A stretch of DNA of 64,000 bases from Flavobacterium sp. (GTDB lineage: Bacteria; Bacteroidota; Bacteroidia; Flavobacteriales; Flavobacteriaceae). This document shows positions 25,260 through 34,554 of the stretch, piece after piece (positions within the stretch are counted from its first letter, which is position 1; the number at the start of each line of letters is the position of its first letter). Both the position numbers and the translations under genes were made by a program. The DNA lies in contig JASLED010000019.1 in the NCBI GenBank assembly GCA_030151255.1, positions 1,342-65,341 of the forward strand, read 5' to 3'. The notes under the pieces are model-generated. The model was not told where the DNA came from. It saw only the letters and a program-made list of their open reading frames with translations, and did no database searches.

Positions 25260-28200
25260 CTATTTAAGTTTTTTCTTAACCTCAACTTCTTGAAATGCTT
25301 CAATAGTGTCGTATTCTCTAATATCATTGTAGTTTTTAATTTGAATACCACAATCATATCCTTTAGATACTTCTTTAACATCGTCTTTGAAACGTTTTAA
25401 AGCTGTTAATTCACCTGTGTAAATTACTACTCCATCACGAATTAAACGAATTCTAGAATTTCTAAATATTTTTCCGTCTAAAACCATACATCCTGCAATT
25501 GTTCCAACTTTAGAAATTTTAAATAACTCTCTAATTTCGGCAGAACCTGTAACTTCTTCTCTCAACTCTGGAGATAACATTCCTTCCATTGCATCCTTAA
25601 GATCGTCAATTGCATCATAAATAATTGAGTAATTTCTGATATCGATTTCTTCTTTATCTGCTAATGCTCTAGCTGAAACCATTGGACGAACATTGAATCC
25701 TATAATAATTGCATCAGATGCAGATGCTAACAATACGTCTGATTCAGTAATTGCTCCAACTCCTTTATGAATAATATTGATTTGAATTTCTTCCGTAGAT
25801 AATTTAGAGAATGAATCAGAAAGCGCTTCTACAGATCCGTCTACGTCTCCTTTTAAGATAATATTCAACTCTTTGAAATCACCTAAAGCAATACGTCTTC
25901 CGATTTCTGCTAATGTAATATGTCTTTGTGCTCTTACAGATTGCTCACGTAATAATTGCGTACGTTTAGCTGCAATTTGTTTTGCTTCTTTTTCTTCTTC
26001 AAATACGTTGAATTTATCACCTGCACCTGGAGCTCCATCTAATCCTAATACTGAAACTGGTCTTGAAGGTCCAGCCTCTTTCACTACATTTCCACGCTCA
26101 TCATGCATAGCACGAACTTTACCATGGCTACAACCAGCTAATAAATAATCTCCAACTCGTAATGTACCCGCTTGTACTAAAACTGTAGAAACATATCCGC
26201 GTCCTTTATCTAAATAAGCTTCTACAACTGTACCAGATGCTAATTTATTTGGATTTGCTTTTAATTCTAACATTTCAGCTTCAAGTAATACTTTTTCAAG
26301 TAATTCTTTCATTCCGATACCTTGCTTAGCAGAAATATCTTGTGATTGGTAAGTACCTCCCCACTCTTCTATCAACAAATTCATAGAAGCTAATCTTTCT
26401 TTAATCTTATCTGGATTAGCTGTTGGTTTATCAATTTTATTAATAGCAAAAATAATTGGTACACCTGCTGCTTGTGCATGACTAATTGCCTCTTTTGTTT
26501 GTGGCATGATATCATCATCGGCAGCGATTACAATAATTACAATATCCGTAACCTGAGCACCACGTGCACGCATAGCAGTAAATGCCTCGTGACCTGGAGT
26601 ATCCAAGAACGTAATTTGTTGTCCGTTATCTAAAGTAACACCGTATGCACCGATATGCTGTGTAATTCCTCCAGACTCACCTGCAATAACGTTTGCTTTA
26701 CGAACGTAATCTAATAAAGATGTTTTACCGTGGTCAACGTGCCCCATTACAGTAACAATCGGAGCTCTTGGTAATAAGTCTTCTGGTCTGTCTGGTGCTT
26801 CTTCAATAGATTCTTCTAAATCAGCTGTTGTAAAATCAACTTCATAACCAAATTCATCAGCTACAATTGTTAATGTTTCAGCATCTAAACGTTGATTCAT
26901 CGTTACCATAATCCCCAAAGACATACAAGTTCCAATTACCTTAGTAATAGGCACATCCATCATTGTTGCAACTTCACCAACAGTAACAAATTCTGTTACT
27001 TTTAATGTTTTGCTTCCTGCTTCTAATGCTTTTTGCTCGTCGTCTGTTTTCTTACGGTGTGTATCACGCTTGTCTCTACGGTATTTAGCAGCTTTTGACT
27101 TGCTTCCTTTACCTTGTAAACGTTCAAGCGTTTCTTTAATTTGGTTTTTTACTTCTTCTTCTGTTGGCTCAGCTTTTACAATAGGTGTAGTATTACGTCT
27201 ATTGTTATTCTGGTTTTTATTAAACTTACCATTTTTGGCATTATTACCGCCTCTGTTTTGGTTGTTATTGTTTCCGCCAGGTTTATTTGCGTTATTGCCG
27301 CCTGCTTTATTTGTATTATTACCACCTGCATTGTTTCCATTTGCGTTAGCCGCATTGTTACCTTCTGCACCTGCTGGTTTGTTTATACGTTTTCTTTTAT
27401 TTTTAGCAGCGTTACCATCTTTAGCGTTGTTTCCACCTTTTTTATCATCCTTCTTATCTTCCTTCTTCTTCTTAGGTTTCTCAAACTGAGACAAGTCGAT
27501 TGTTTGACCAGTAAAAGTAGTTCCTGATAATTTCTGATAATTTGTTTTTATCATTTCATCTCCAGCCGCTACTTCTGGTTTTATTTCTTCGCTTACTTTT
27601 TTACTTTCTTCGTTTGCTATTTTAGCAGACTCCTTCTGTTGCTTCTCTTCCACAGGTTTGTCTTTATCTTTAGATTCTTTATTAGCTTGTTTATGAGCTA
27701 CTGGTTTTTGTGCAGTAACTTTTTTTGAATCAGTATCTAAATCGACAGTTGTTTTCGCAACAGGAGCAGCCTTTTTCTCCTCAATTTCAACTACTTCTTT
27801 CGCTACTGGTTTTTCTTCTATTACATTTTTGTTTGTAGATTCTGTTTCTACTTTTTCTGATACAACTGGAGAAGATTCTAAAGTTTTTTTAGTTTCAAGC
27901 TCAATCTTACCAACAGTTTTAAGCGTAATTTGCTCTTCTGCTTTGGCTTTAATAACTTCGCTTTCTCTTTTGATACGTGCCTGTTCTTCTTGTTTTTTCT
28001 TTTCCTCCAATTCACGTTCACGCTCTAGCTTAAGCGCTTCCTTTTCTTTTCTTTTTTCTTCGCTTACTTCGATAGAAGCTTCTTTCTTTCCTTTATCGGC
28101 AGAAAATTGCTTACTAAGAACATTAAATTCTTCTTGAGAAATTTTTGCATTTGGAGTTGCTTCAATTTCAAAACCTTTGCCCTTCAAAAAGTCCACGGCT

Positions 28201-28265
28201 CTATCCAGAGAAATATTTAATTCTCTTAAAACTTTATTTATTCTTATTGCTCTTTCTTCAGACAT
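25260..28265 (-). CDS. infB: translation initiation factor IF-2
   Basis: 1001 aa with the GTPase motifs [20 protein letters not shown] and NKID. It has a long charged, low-complexity N-terminal region and lies downstream of nusA. Confidence 0.95.
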   Translation of the reverse strand: MSEERAIRINKVLRELNISLDRAVDFLKGKGFEIEATPNAKISQEEFNVLSKQFSADKGKKEASIEVSEEKRKEKEALKLERERELEEKKKQEEQARIKRESEVIKAKAEEQITLKTVGKIELETKKTLESSPVVSEKVETESTNKNVIEEKPVAKEVVEIEEKKAAPVAKTTVDLDTDSKKVTAQKPVAHKQANKESKDKDKPVEEKQQKESAKIANEESKKVSEEIKPEVAAGDEMIKTNYQKLSGTTFTGQTIDLSQFEKPKKKKEDKKDDKKGGNNAKDGNAAKNKRKRINKPAGAEGNNAANANGNNAGGNNTNKAGGNNANKPGGNNNNQNRGGNNAKNGKFNKNQNNNRRNTTPIVKAEPTEEEVKNQIKETLERLQGKGSKSKAAKYRRDKRDTHRKKTDDEQKALEAGSKTLKVTEFVTVGEVATMMDVPITKVIGTCMSLGIMVTMNQRLDAETLTIVADEFGYEVDFTTADLEESIEEAPDRPEDLLPRAPIVTVMGHVDHGKTSLLDYVRKANVIAGESGGITQHIGAYGVTLDNGQQITFLDTPGHEAFTAMRARGAQVTDIVIIVIAADDDIMPQTKEAISHAQAAGVPIIFAINKIDKPTANPDKIKERLASMNLLIEEWGGTYQSQDISAKQGIGMKELLEKVLLEAEMLELKANPNKLASGTVVEAYLDKGRGYVSTVLVQAGTLRVGDYLLAGCSHGKVRAMHDERGNVVKEAGPSRPVSVLGLDGAPGAGDKFNVFEEEKEAKQIAAKRTQLLREQSVRAQRHITLAEIGRRIALGDFKELNIILKGDVDGSVEALSDSFSKLSTEEIQINIIHKGVGAITESDVLLASASDAIIIGFNVRPMVSARALADKEEIDIRNYSIIYDAIDDLKDAMEGMLSPELREEVTGSAEIRELFKISKVGTIAGCMVLDGKIFRNSRIRLIRDGVVIYTGELTALKRFKDDVKEVSKGYDCGIQIKNYNDIREYDTIEAFQEVEVKKKLK
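27192..27437 (-). repeat. degenerate in-frame tandem repeats encoding the Asn/Gly/Lys-rich linker of IF-2
   Basis: By hand count, protein residues ~277-358 read [14 protein letters not shown]...[37 protein letters not shown]. The DNA shows recurring ttattaccgcc / ttgtttccgcc / ttattgccgcc units. Confidence 0.7.
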
Positions 28266-28322
28266 ATTATCTTTTTAGTGTATTATTTGTGTTGTGTTGT
28301 AATCAGAAGTTTGTTTTAAAGA

Positions 28323-29561
28323 TTAATCTTCAAACTCTTCTTTCAAGATACGAAGCACATCAGCAACAGTTTCTTCTTCTAAGTCTGTACGCTTGATTAA
28401 TTCTTCTTTACTTAAGCTCAACACGCTTTTTGCTGTATCTAATCCAATTTTCGCGAACTCTTCGATAATCCATAATTCGATTTCGTCGCTAAATTCTCTT
28501 AATTCAACATCATCATCCTCAGGGTTTAACTCACGCATTACATCGATATCAAATCCTGTAAGTAATCCTGCTAATTTAATGTTTTGACCTCCTTTACCAA
28601 TTGCTCTAGAAACTTCTTCAGGATCTAAGTAAACATTTGCTTTTTTCGTATTTTCGTCAAAAACTACTTTGTTTACTCTTGCTGGTGCTAATGCACGTTT
28701 GATAAATAAATCTGTATTTGCTGTATAGTGAATTACGTCAATATTTTCGTTTCCTAATTCTCTAACGATTCCGTGAATACGAGAACCTTTTACTCCCACA
28801 CATGCTCCTACTGGATCAATTCTATCATCTGAACCTTCTACTGCAATTTTTGCTTTTTCTCCTGGAATACGAACAACTCTTCTTATAAAGATTTTATCGT
28901 CTCCAATTTCTGGAATTTCTTGTTCCAATAATTTTTCTAAGAATTGGCTTGATGTTCTAGACATTATAATTTGAGGCTTAGCTCCTTTCAATTCTACAGA
29001 CTCAATAATCCCCTTAACAGTATCTCCTTTTCTGAAAAAGTCTGAAGGAATTTGTTTTTCTTTTGGCAAAACAATTTCATTTCCTTCATCATCCATCAAA
29101 ATTACAACTTTTGGGCGAATATGATGTACTTCTGCTACGTAAATATCTCCGATAACTTCTTTAAACTGTTTGTATAAGGTAGCGTTATCATGTTCTGTTA
29201 CTTTTGAGTTTAGGTATTGTCTTAATGCTAATACAGCTCTACGTCCAATTCCTTCTAACTTTACTTCTTCAGAAACTTCTTCTCCAACTTCAAAGTCAGA
29301 TTCGATTTTTCTTGCTTCTTTTAACGAAATCTCATATTTCTCATCTTCTACTTCACCATCGTTAACCACTATTCTATTTCTAAAAACCTGGAAATCTCCT
29401 TTATCAGGGTTAATAATGATATCAAAATTATCGTCATCACCATATTTCTTCTTCAATGCATTTCTGAATACATCCTCTAAGATGGCCATTAACGTAACTC
29501 TATCAATGTATTTTAACTCTTGAAATTCTGAGAACGATTCTACTAAACCACTATTCTCCAT
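28323..29561 (-). CDS. nusA: transcription termination/antitermination factor NusA
   Basis: 412 aa with an S1-like and two KH-like regions (GACVGVKGSRI; AIGKGGQNIKLA). It sits in the conserved rimP-nusA-infB order. Confidence 0.93.
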   Translation of the reverse strand: MENSGLVESFSEFQELKYIDRVTLMAILEDVFRNALKKKYGDDDNFDIIINPDKGDFQVFRNRIVVNDGEVEDEKYEISLKEARKIESDFEVGEEVSEEVKLEGIGRRAVLALRQYLNSKVTEHDNATLYKQFKEVIGDIYVAEVHHIRPKVVILMDDEGNEIVLPKEKQIPSDFFRKGDTVKGIIESVELKGAKPQIIMSRTSSQFLEKLLEQEIPEIGDDKIFIRRVVRIPGEKAKIAVEGSDDRIDPVGACVGVKGSRIHGIVRELGNENIDVIHYTANTDLFIKRALAPARVNKVVFDENTKKANVYLDPEEVSRAIGKGGQNIKLAGLLTGFDIDVMRELNPEDDDVELREFSDEIELWIIEEFAKIGLDTAKSVLSLSKEELIKRTDLEEETVADVLRILKEEFED

Positions 29562-29573
29562 CTGATATTATTT

Positions 29574-30041
29574 TTAAAATGAAATTATTACACTTGCTTC
29601 TTTTATGCTTTCGAATGGTATTAAAGCTTCTTTTTCTACTGTTATTTTTCCTTTTCCAACAGCTTTAGCTTCTCTTGCTTTCCACTTTAATACTATTTTA
29701 TCGTCTACTACATCATGTAGCATAGCTTCGTATTTTTCTTGCTCTAAAGTTGTTAACTTCAGTTTTCTTCCAATATTTTTTTTGTATTGGCGTAACAATT
29801 TTAATGGTGCTGTTGCGCCAGCTGAAGCTACTTCTAAAGCAAAATCTTGTTCTTCTCTGTCTAAATTATGTTCTATTGCACGACTTACATCAATACAATC
29901 TTGTAAGATAACACCGTTATCGCCGTCAATAGTTACCAAAATTTTGTTATCTGGAGAAATCGTCATTTCTATCAAGAATAATTCCTCGCGTTCTTCTAAA
30001 GCTACGTTTAGCAACTCTTTTACCTTGTCTTTAAATGCCAT
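29574..30041 (-). CDS. rimP: ribosome maturation factor RimP
   Basis: 155 aa, located immediately upstream of nusA with a 12-nt gap. Its size and position are typical of rimP. Confidence 0.85.
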   Translation of the reverse strand: MAFKDKVKELLNVALEEREELFLIEMTISPDNKILVTIDGDNGVILQDCIDVSRAIEHNLDREEQDFALEVASAGATAPLKLLRQYKKNIGRKLKLTTLEQEKYEAMLHDVVDDKIVLKWKAREAKAVGKGKITVEKEALIPFESIKEASVIISF

Positions 30042-30075
30042 ATACTATAAAAAGAGGGGACTATTATGTCCCCTC
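30042..30075 (-). promoter_or_regulatory. terminator-like leader hairpin plus U-tract immediately upstream of the rimP start codon (possible attenuator)
   Basis: The minus-strand RNA reads GAGGGGAC-AUAAUA-GUCCCCUC (30075 to 30054), then UUUUUAUAGUAU, then AUG (30041). The stem is 8 bp and GC-rich. No upstream minus-strand gene exists for it to terminate. Confidence 0.5.
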
Positions 30076-30106
30076 ATTATTTAATTCTCATTAATAAATA
30101 ACAGTG

Positions 30107-30114
30107 CAAATATA
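30107..30114 (-). promoter_or_regulatory. candidate -7 box (TATATTTG on the minus strand) for rimP-nusA-infB
   Basis: The plus strand reads caaatata at 30107-30114, which is TATATTTG on the minus strand. This would give a leader of about 55-60 nt containing the hairpin at 30054-30075. Confidence 0.35.
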
Positions 30115-30222
30115 CTATTTTTTTTGTTCTAATTAAATTTTTTTGTGATTTGACAATTATATGTATAAATTTAGGTCAGAATTATCGATTATCTAGTAAC
30201 CCACTCAATAACATATATCTTT

Positions 30223-31056
30223 ATGAAAAAAATATTAATTCCTACTGACTTTTCTGACCATGCAAGCAACGCTATTAAGGCAGGTGTTAGTATAGCTAAA
30301 CATTACGGCGCAGAAGTCATTCTATTACACATTTTGGATTTACCTCAATCTGGTAGCGACAGTGTAGTAAAAGGAACACCAGCACCTGAGGTGATTTTCT
30401 TTAAAAATGTAGCTGAAAGAAAACTACAAGAAATTGGAATGGATCCTATTTTTAGTGGACTTAGTGTTTCTACAAGTTTAATTTTAGACAGAACAGCTTA
30501 TGGTGTAACAAAATCAGCAGAGCACAATGATGTTGATTTAATTGTTATTGGATCACATGGGGTGAGCGGAGCTAAGAAAAACTTTGTAGGTTCTAACACA
30601 CAAAAAGTAGTGCGCTCTGCCAATGTACCTGTTTTAGTGATAAGAGATGAAATTACTTTTTCTACAATAAACAATATTGTTTTCGCCTCTGATTTTAGCA
30701 ATGAAATGCGACCTGCTTTCGAAAATGTTTTGAAAATAACCAAAGAAACTGGAGCAAAATTACATTTACTTGTAATTAACACACCAAACAATTTTAAACC
30801 AACAAATGTTACTGAAGAAATTGTTGCAAAATTTTTAGACGACGCAGAAAACAACGATGCTTTTGAATTAAACATCTATAATGATATGAGTATTGAACGA
30901 GGTATCATTAATTTTACTGATAAAATTGATGCAGAGCTAGTTGCAATTGCTACACACGGCAGAACAGGATTATCCCACTTCTTTAATGGAAGCATTAGTG
31001 AAGATCTTATAAATAAAATTGAACGATCTGTTATTACATTTAAAATAGAACAATAA
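30223..31056 (+). CDS. universal stress protein (tandem Usp domains)
   Basis: 277 aa with two Usp-like halves (KILIPTDFSDHA...LIVIGSHG and NIVFASDFS...VAIATHGRTG). Confidence 0.85.
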   Translation: MKKILIPTDFSDHASNAIKAGVSIAKHYGAEVILLHILDLPQSGSDSVVKGTPAPEVIFFKNVAERKLQEIGMDPIFSGLSVSTSLILDRTAYGVTKSAEHNDVDLIVIGSHGVSGAKKNFVGSNTQKVVRSANVPVLVIRDEITFSTINNIVFASDFSNEMRPAFENVLKITKETGAKLHLLVINTPNNFKPTNVTEEIVAKFLDDAENNDAFELNIYNDMSIERGIINFTDKIDAELVAIATHGRTGLSHFFNGSISEDLINKIERSVITFKIEQ

Positions 31057-31064
31057 ATCTAAAT

Positions 31065-31096
31065 AAAAAGGGCATTTCAATTGAAATGCCCTTTTT
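31065..31096. terminator. bidirectional terminator between the usp gene (+) and the MscS-like gene (-)
   Basis: The perfect 22-nt palindrome gggcatttcaattgaaatgccc (31070-31091) is flanked by A and T runs. Confidence 0.75.
31070..31091. repeat. 22-nt perfect palindrome, copy 1 (the second copy is at 57787-57808)
   Basis: The sequence gggcatttcaattgaaatgccc is identical at both loci, each between convergent genes. Confidence 0.8.
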
Positions 31097-31101
31097 ATGT
31101 T

Positions 31102-31926
31102 TTAATCTAAAATTTCTATATGACTTTCTGTTACTGTTTTTATAGGTAAATAATTTTTCTTTCCATCTACCAATAAACATAAATAAATATTGTCAATTGA
31201 GATAACATACCCTTTTAATCCATTAATAATAACATGTTGCCCTACCTCCAGATTTTTTCTAGTATAAAATGAATATAGTAATTTTGTAACTAAATCTTTT
31301 GACCCTAAACCTAATGAAAGCGCCACAGTAAATAACAATGCTCCAATAATAATTGAAATATTATTTGTAATTACAGAAGTATCTATTCCTAATTGATTTA
31401 AAGTTGTAATAACAACAAAAACAAGAATGATATAAAAAACAACATTTCCTATCATTTTTGCTCCCATAAAATCAATTGCTTTCAACACACCAACTATTAC
31501 ATTTTTTATCCAAGAGGCAAAATAAATTCCACCTATCAAAATAAGCAATGCAACAAAAACCTTTGGCACAACCATCATAAAAGAACCTATTTCTTTAGAA
31601 ACAATTGTTAATCCAAAAATTTCAGCACCAACCAAAATCATTAAGAAAACTAAAAATATTTTTACAAAAAAGATCAAAATAGAATCTACCTTAATTGCAA
31701 AATTAGCTTTGCTTAAAAACTCATTTTCATTCAACAATTTTTGAATTTTATCCAATCTAACAAAGTTGAATATCTTTCTTAACAAATATGAAAACAGCTT
31801 TAGCAATAACCAACAAATAGCAATATATCCAACTATCAACAAGAAGTTAAAAAAACCTCTCATCATCGAATCCATCACAGAGTTTATCATATCACCTGGA
31901 TATTCTAGGCTATAAATTTTTTCCAT
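31102..31926 (-). CDS. small MscS-like / conserved-TM-helix membrane protein
   Basis: 274 aa with about 5 TM helices. The short C-terminal segment VGQHVIINGLKGYVISIDNIYLCLLVDGKKNYLPIKTV resembles the MscS beta-domain signature. It lacks the larger C-terminal alpha/beta domain. Confidence 0.5.
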   Translation of the reverse strand: MEKIYSLEYPGDMINSVMDSMMRGFFNFLLIVGYIAICWLLLKLFSYLLRKIFNFVRLDKIQKLLNENEFLSKANFAIKVDSILIFFVKIFLVFLMILVGAEIFGLTIVSKEIGSFMMVVPKVFVALLILIGGIYFASWIKNVIVGVLKAIDFMGAKMIGNVVFYIILVFVVITTLNQLGIDTSVITNNISIIIGALLFTVALSLGLGSKDLVTKLLYSFYTRKNLEVGQHVIINGLKGYVISIDNIYLCLLVDGKKNYLPIKTVTESHIEILD

Positions 31927-32140
31927 TTTTCTCTTTTTCTAAAATTTTATTTACAATTTCCTGCTCCTTATCTTTATTTTTTTCAGCTACAATAGACTGA
32001 ATTGTTTTTGGTACCTGAACAGTATATAAATCAGACACATCTAATGATAGCTTAATTATATTCAAATTGTCAATTACCTTATCTTTCAGATAATCTGGCA
32101 ACTTTTCGTTTTGCAGTATTTTCTTAAAAGGATTTTCCAT
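31910..32140 (-). CDS. small hypothetical protein between the ECF sigma factor and the membrane protein
   Basis: 76 aa, Lys/Glu-rich, with no TM segment. It starts directly after the sigma-factor stop and overlaps the downstream ORF by 17 nt, which suggests translational coupling. Confidence 0.4.
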   Translation of the reverse strand: MENPFKKILQNEKLPDYLKDKVIDNLNIIKLSLDVSDLYTVQVPKTIQSIVAEKNKDKEQEIVNKILEKEKNGKNL

Positions 32141-32713
32141 TTATGACAATGAATTATATAATTCAACAATCTTTTTCTTGGCTCTATGCAATCTCATTTT
32201 TATCGCACTCTCTCCCATCTCTAACATATCAGCCATTTCCTTGATCGATTTATCTTCCTGATATTTCATAATCAGCATAATTTTATCTTCAGGATCAATC
32301 AACGCAAGCGCTTCTTCCAACCGTTTTACAGTAAGTGAAAAAATTTCTTCATCTGTAATTTCATCCTCCAAACTTGTCACATAATGATAGTCTTCTTGAT
32401 ATTGTTGATTTTCGTGTTGCCGTTTTAGGATAGATTTCGAGTAATCTACACAATGATTATAGGTAAACGAATACAACCAAGTAGAGAATTTTGACTCTCC
32501 TTTAAATGTTTTTAAGTTTAGATAAATCTTCACAAAAACGTCTTGAGTTAGGTCTTCGGCAGCATCACGAGATTCAGCAAAACTCAAACATTTTTGATAT
32601 ACTTTTTGACCATATCGATCATACAAAACACCAAACAAGCTTGTATTACCGTTATGAACAATGAATTGAACCAGCTCTTCATCGCTCATTAAAACAAAGT
32701 TTTTACTTTGCAT
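32141..32713 (-). CDS. RNA polymerase ECF-type sigma-70 family factor
   Basis: 190 aa with region 2 (AEDLTQDVFVKIY...FSTWLYSFTYNHCVDY) and region 4.2 (SIKEMADMLEMGESAIKMRLHRAKKKI). Confidence 0.85.
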   Translation of the reverse strand: MQSKNFVLMSDEELVQFIVHNGNTSLFGVLYDRYGQKVYQKCLSFAESRDAAEDLTQDVFVKIYLNLKTFKGESKFSTWLYSFTYNHCVDYSKSILKRQHENQQYQEDYHYVTSLEDEITDEEIFSLTVKRLEEALALIDPEDKIMLIMKYQEDKSIKEMADMLEMGESAIKMRLHRAKKKIVELYNSLS

Positions 32714-32782
32714 ACTTATTTTCGTACTACTTTATTATACATTAAACCTTCTTTAAGTTCAATATGGCTTAATATATTTGAA

Positions 32783-33376
32783 CTATCTTTCTTTTATTTG
32801 CAATAATCTTTCTACATATTTTCCAATTACGTCAAATTCAATATTTACCGTATCTCCAACTTTATAGTATTTAAACAATGTATTTTCTTTTGTATAAGGT
32901 ATAATTGCCACGCTAAACGAATTAATTTCTGAATCAACTACGGTAAGACTCGTTCCGTCAATTGTAATAGAACCCTTAGAAATAGTTGTATGTTTTACAG
33001 CCGAATCATATTCAAAACCATAATAAGTACTTCCATCAGCATCTTTTACAAAAGCACAAGTTGCAACTGCATCAACATGCCCTTGCACAATATGCCCATC
33101 CAATCGCGCGTTCATTAACATTCCTCTTTCTAGATTAATTGACTGCCCAACCACCCAATTACCTAAAGTTGTAACATCAATAGTTTCTTTTATGGCTGTT
33201 ACTGTAAAAGTATCTTCCTCAATATTCACAACCGTTAAACAAACACCGTTATGCAAAACACTCTGATCTATTTTTAATTCATTTACAAACGAACATGATA
33301 TCGTTAGATGAATATTACCTTTCTCTTTTGCAATATTTTTAATAATTGCTATTTCTTCAACAATTCCTGTAAACAT
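32783..33376 (-). CDS. ribE: riboflavin synthase (alpha chain)
   Basis: 197 aa with the N-terminus MFTGIVEE and a duplicated lumazine-binding repeat (NGVCLTV / DGTSLTV). Confidence 0.9.
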   Translation of the reverse strand: MFTGIVEEIAIIKNIAKEKGNIHLTISCSFVNELKIDQSVLHNGVCLTVVNIEEDTFTVTAIKETIDVTTLGNWVVGQSINLERGMLMNARLDGHIVQGHVDAVATCAFVKDADGSTYYGFEYDSAVKHTTISKGSITIDGTSLTVVDSEINSFSVAIIPYTKENTLFKYYKVGDTVNIEFDVIGKYVERLLQIKER

Positions 33377-33393
33377 TACTCCAATTATTTTAT

Positions 33394-33401
33394 TAAATTT
33401 G
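33394..33401 (+). promoter_or_regulatory. candidate -7 box (TAAATTTG) upstream of pdxA
   Basis: An exact TAnnTTTG match 33 nt before ATG 33434, in the ribE/pdxA divergent region. Confidence 0.35.
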
Positions 33402-33433
33402 TTTTCAAAATTACTAATTATTTAAACGAAACT

Positions 33434-34504
33434 ATGAGCCATAAAGAAGAAAATATTAAAGTAGGAATATCTATCGGCGATTTAAACGGTATTGGTCCAG
33501 AAGTAATACTTAAATGTTTCGAAGACAATAGAATGCTTGAGTTTTGTACACCTATAATATTTGGTAGTTCAAAACCATTATCATACGTTAAAAAAAACAT
33601 CAATAGCAATGTGAATTTTCAAGGCATTGAAAGTATTGAACAAGCTATTACCGGTAAAGTAAACGTATTAAATCTTTGGAAAGAAAATGTAAACATAAAC
33701 TTTGGCCAAAATGATCCTTTGGTTGGAGAATACGCTATAAAATCTTTTACCGCAGCAACAGCCGCTTTAAAAAATGGCGATATAGATGTTTTAGTTACTG
33801 CTCCTATCAACAAATACAATACTCAATTAGAAGATTTCAAATACCCTGGACACACTAATTATTTAAACGAACAATTAGAAGGCGAAGCATTAATGCTATT
33901 GGTAAGCGATGAATTAAAAGTTGGTTTATTAACAGATCACTTACCCATTAAAGATGTAGCACAAGCTATAACTCCAGATTTGATTATTAAAAAAGTAAAA
34001 ACAATAGAAAATGCATTAATCAATGACTTCAATATTCTAAAACCACGCATAGCTGTACTTGGATTAAACCCACACGCAGGTGACGAAGGTGTTATAGGAT
34101 CAGAAGAAATAGATATCATAAAACCAACAATCACGAAACTAGCCGAAGAAGGCGTTTTAGTTACCGGTCCATTTCCAGCAGATGGATTTTTTGGTTCTCA
34201 ATTGTATTTAAAATTTGATGCAGTAATAGCTTGCTATCACGATCAGGGCTTAGCTCCATTTAAAGCACTTTCATTTAGCAAGGGAATAAATTATACTGCC
34301 GGTTTAAACAAAATACGAACTTCACCCGATCATGGCACCGCTTATGATATAGCAGGAAAAAACCTAGCAGACCCTACCTCATTTATAGAAGCCTTATATT
34401 TGGCATTAGATATTTTCAAAAATAGAAGTAGAAATGAAGAAGCAGCTAGCAATCCGTTAATTCCTCAAGAAAAAGAAAATAGCACAAAAAAATTTGATAA
34501 TTAG
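33434..34504 (+). CDS. pdxA: 4-hydroxythreonine-4-phosphate dehydrogenase
   Basis: Motifs GISIGDLNGIGPE, GHTNYL, LNPHAGDEG and PDHGTAYDIAGK. The track ORF starts at 33308 but would overlap ribE by 69 nt. The in-frame ATG at 33434 (MSHKEENIKVG) follows a TAAATTTG -7 box at 33394-33401. Confidence 0.9.
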   Translation: MSHKEENIKVGISIGDLNGIGPEVILKCFEDNRMLEFCTPIIFGSSKPLSYVKKNINSNVNFQGIESIEQAITGKVNVLNLWKENVNINFGQNDPLVGEYAIKSFTAATAALKNGDIDVLVTAPINKYNTQLEDFKYPGHTNYLNEQLEGEALMLLVSDELKVGLLTDHLPIKDVAQAITPDLIIKKVKTIENALINDFNILKPRIAVLGLNPHAGDEGVIGSEEIDIIKPTITKLAEEGVLVTGPFPADGFFGSQLYLKFDAVIACYHDQGLAPFKALSFSKGINYTAGLNKIRTSPDHGTAYDIAGKNLADPTSFIEALYLALDIFKNRSRNEEAASNPLIPQEKENSTKKFDN

Positions 34505-34505
34505 C

Positions 34506-34533
34506 TTGTAATAATAATATTTTTTTATCTTTG
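34506..34533 (+). promoter_or_regulatory. candidate promoter for yceD-rpmF(-fabH-accBC)
   Basis: TTG at 34506-34508, a 17-nt spacer, and TAtcTTTG at 34526-34533. Confidence 0.45.
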
Positions 34534-34554
34534 CACGCTCAAATCATTCATTTG

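Noticed and set aside
25182-25400. 72-aa plus-strand ORF spanning the infB terminator and the infB 3' end.
   Set aside because: It crosses a clear bidirectional terminator hairpin (25221-25243) and then runs antisense to infB. It has no start context or motifs.
27010-27527. Plus-strand ORFs of 159 and 128 aa and a 64-aa minus-strand ORF overlapping infB.
   Set aside because: They coincide exactly with the repetitive Asn/Gly/Lys linker of IF-2. The repeat keeps alternative frames open, and the products are Leu/Phe/Ser-rich nonsense.
29605-30084. 159-aa plus-strand ORF covering the whole of rimP in antisense, and 117/64-aa ORFs antisense to nusA (29170-29523, 28393-28587).
   Set aside because: The minus-strand genes are unmistakable rimP and nusA. 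The antisense products are Ser-rich and have no recognisable features.
33308-33433. 42-codon N-terminal extension of pdxA overlapping ribE.
   Set aside because: The extension (MNITFLFCNIFNNCYFFNNS...) is antisense to the ribE coding sequence and lies upstream of a -7 box. The conserved PdxA sequence begins at MSHKEENIKVG.
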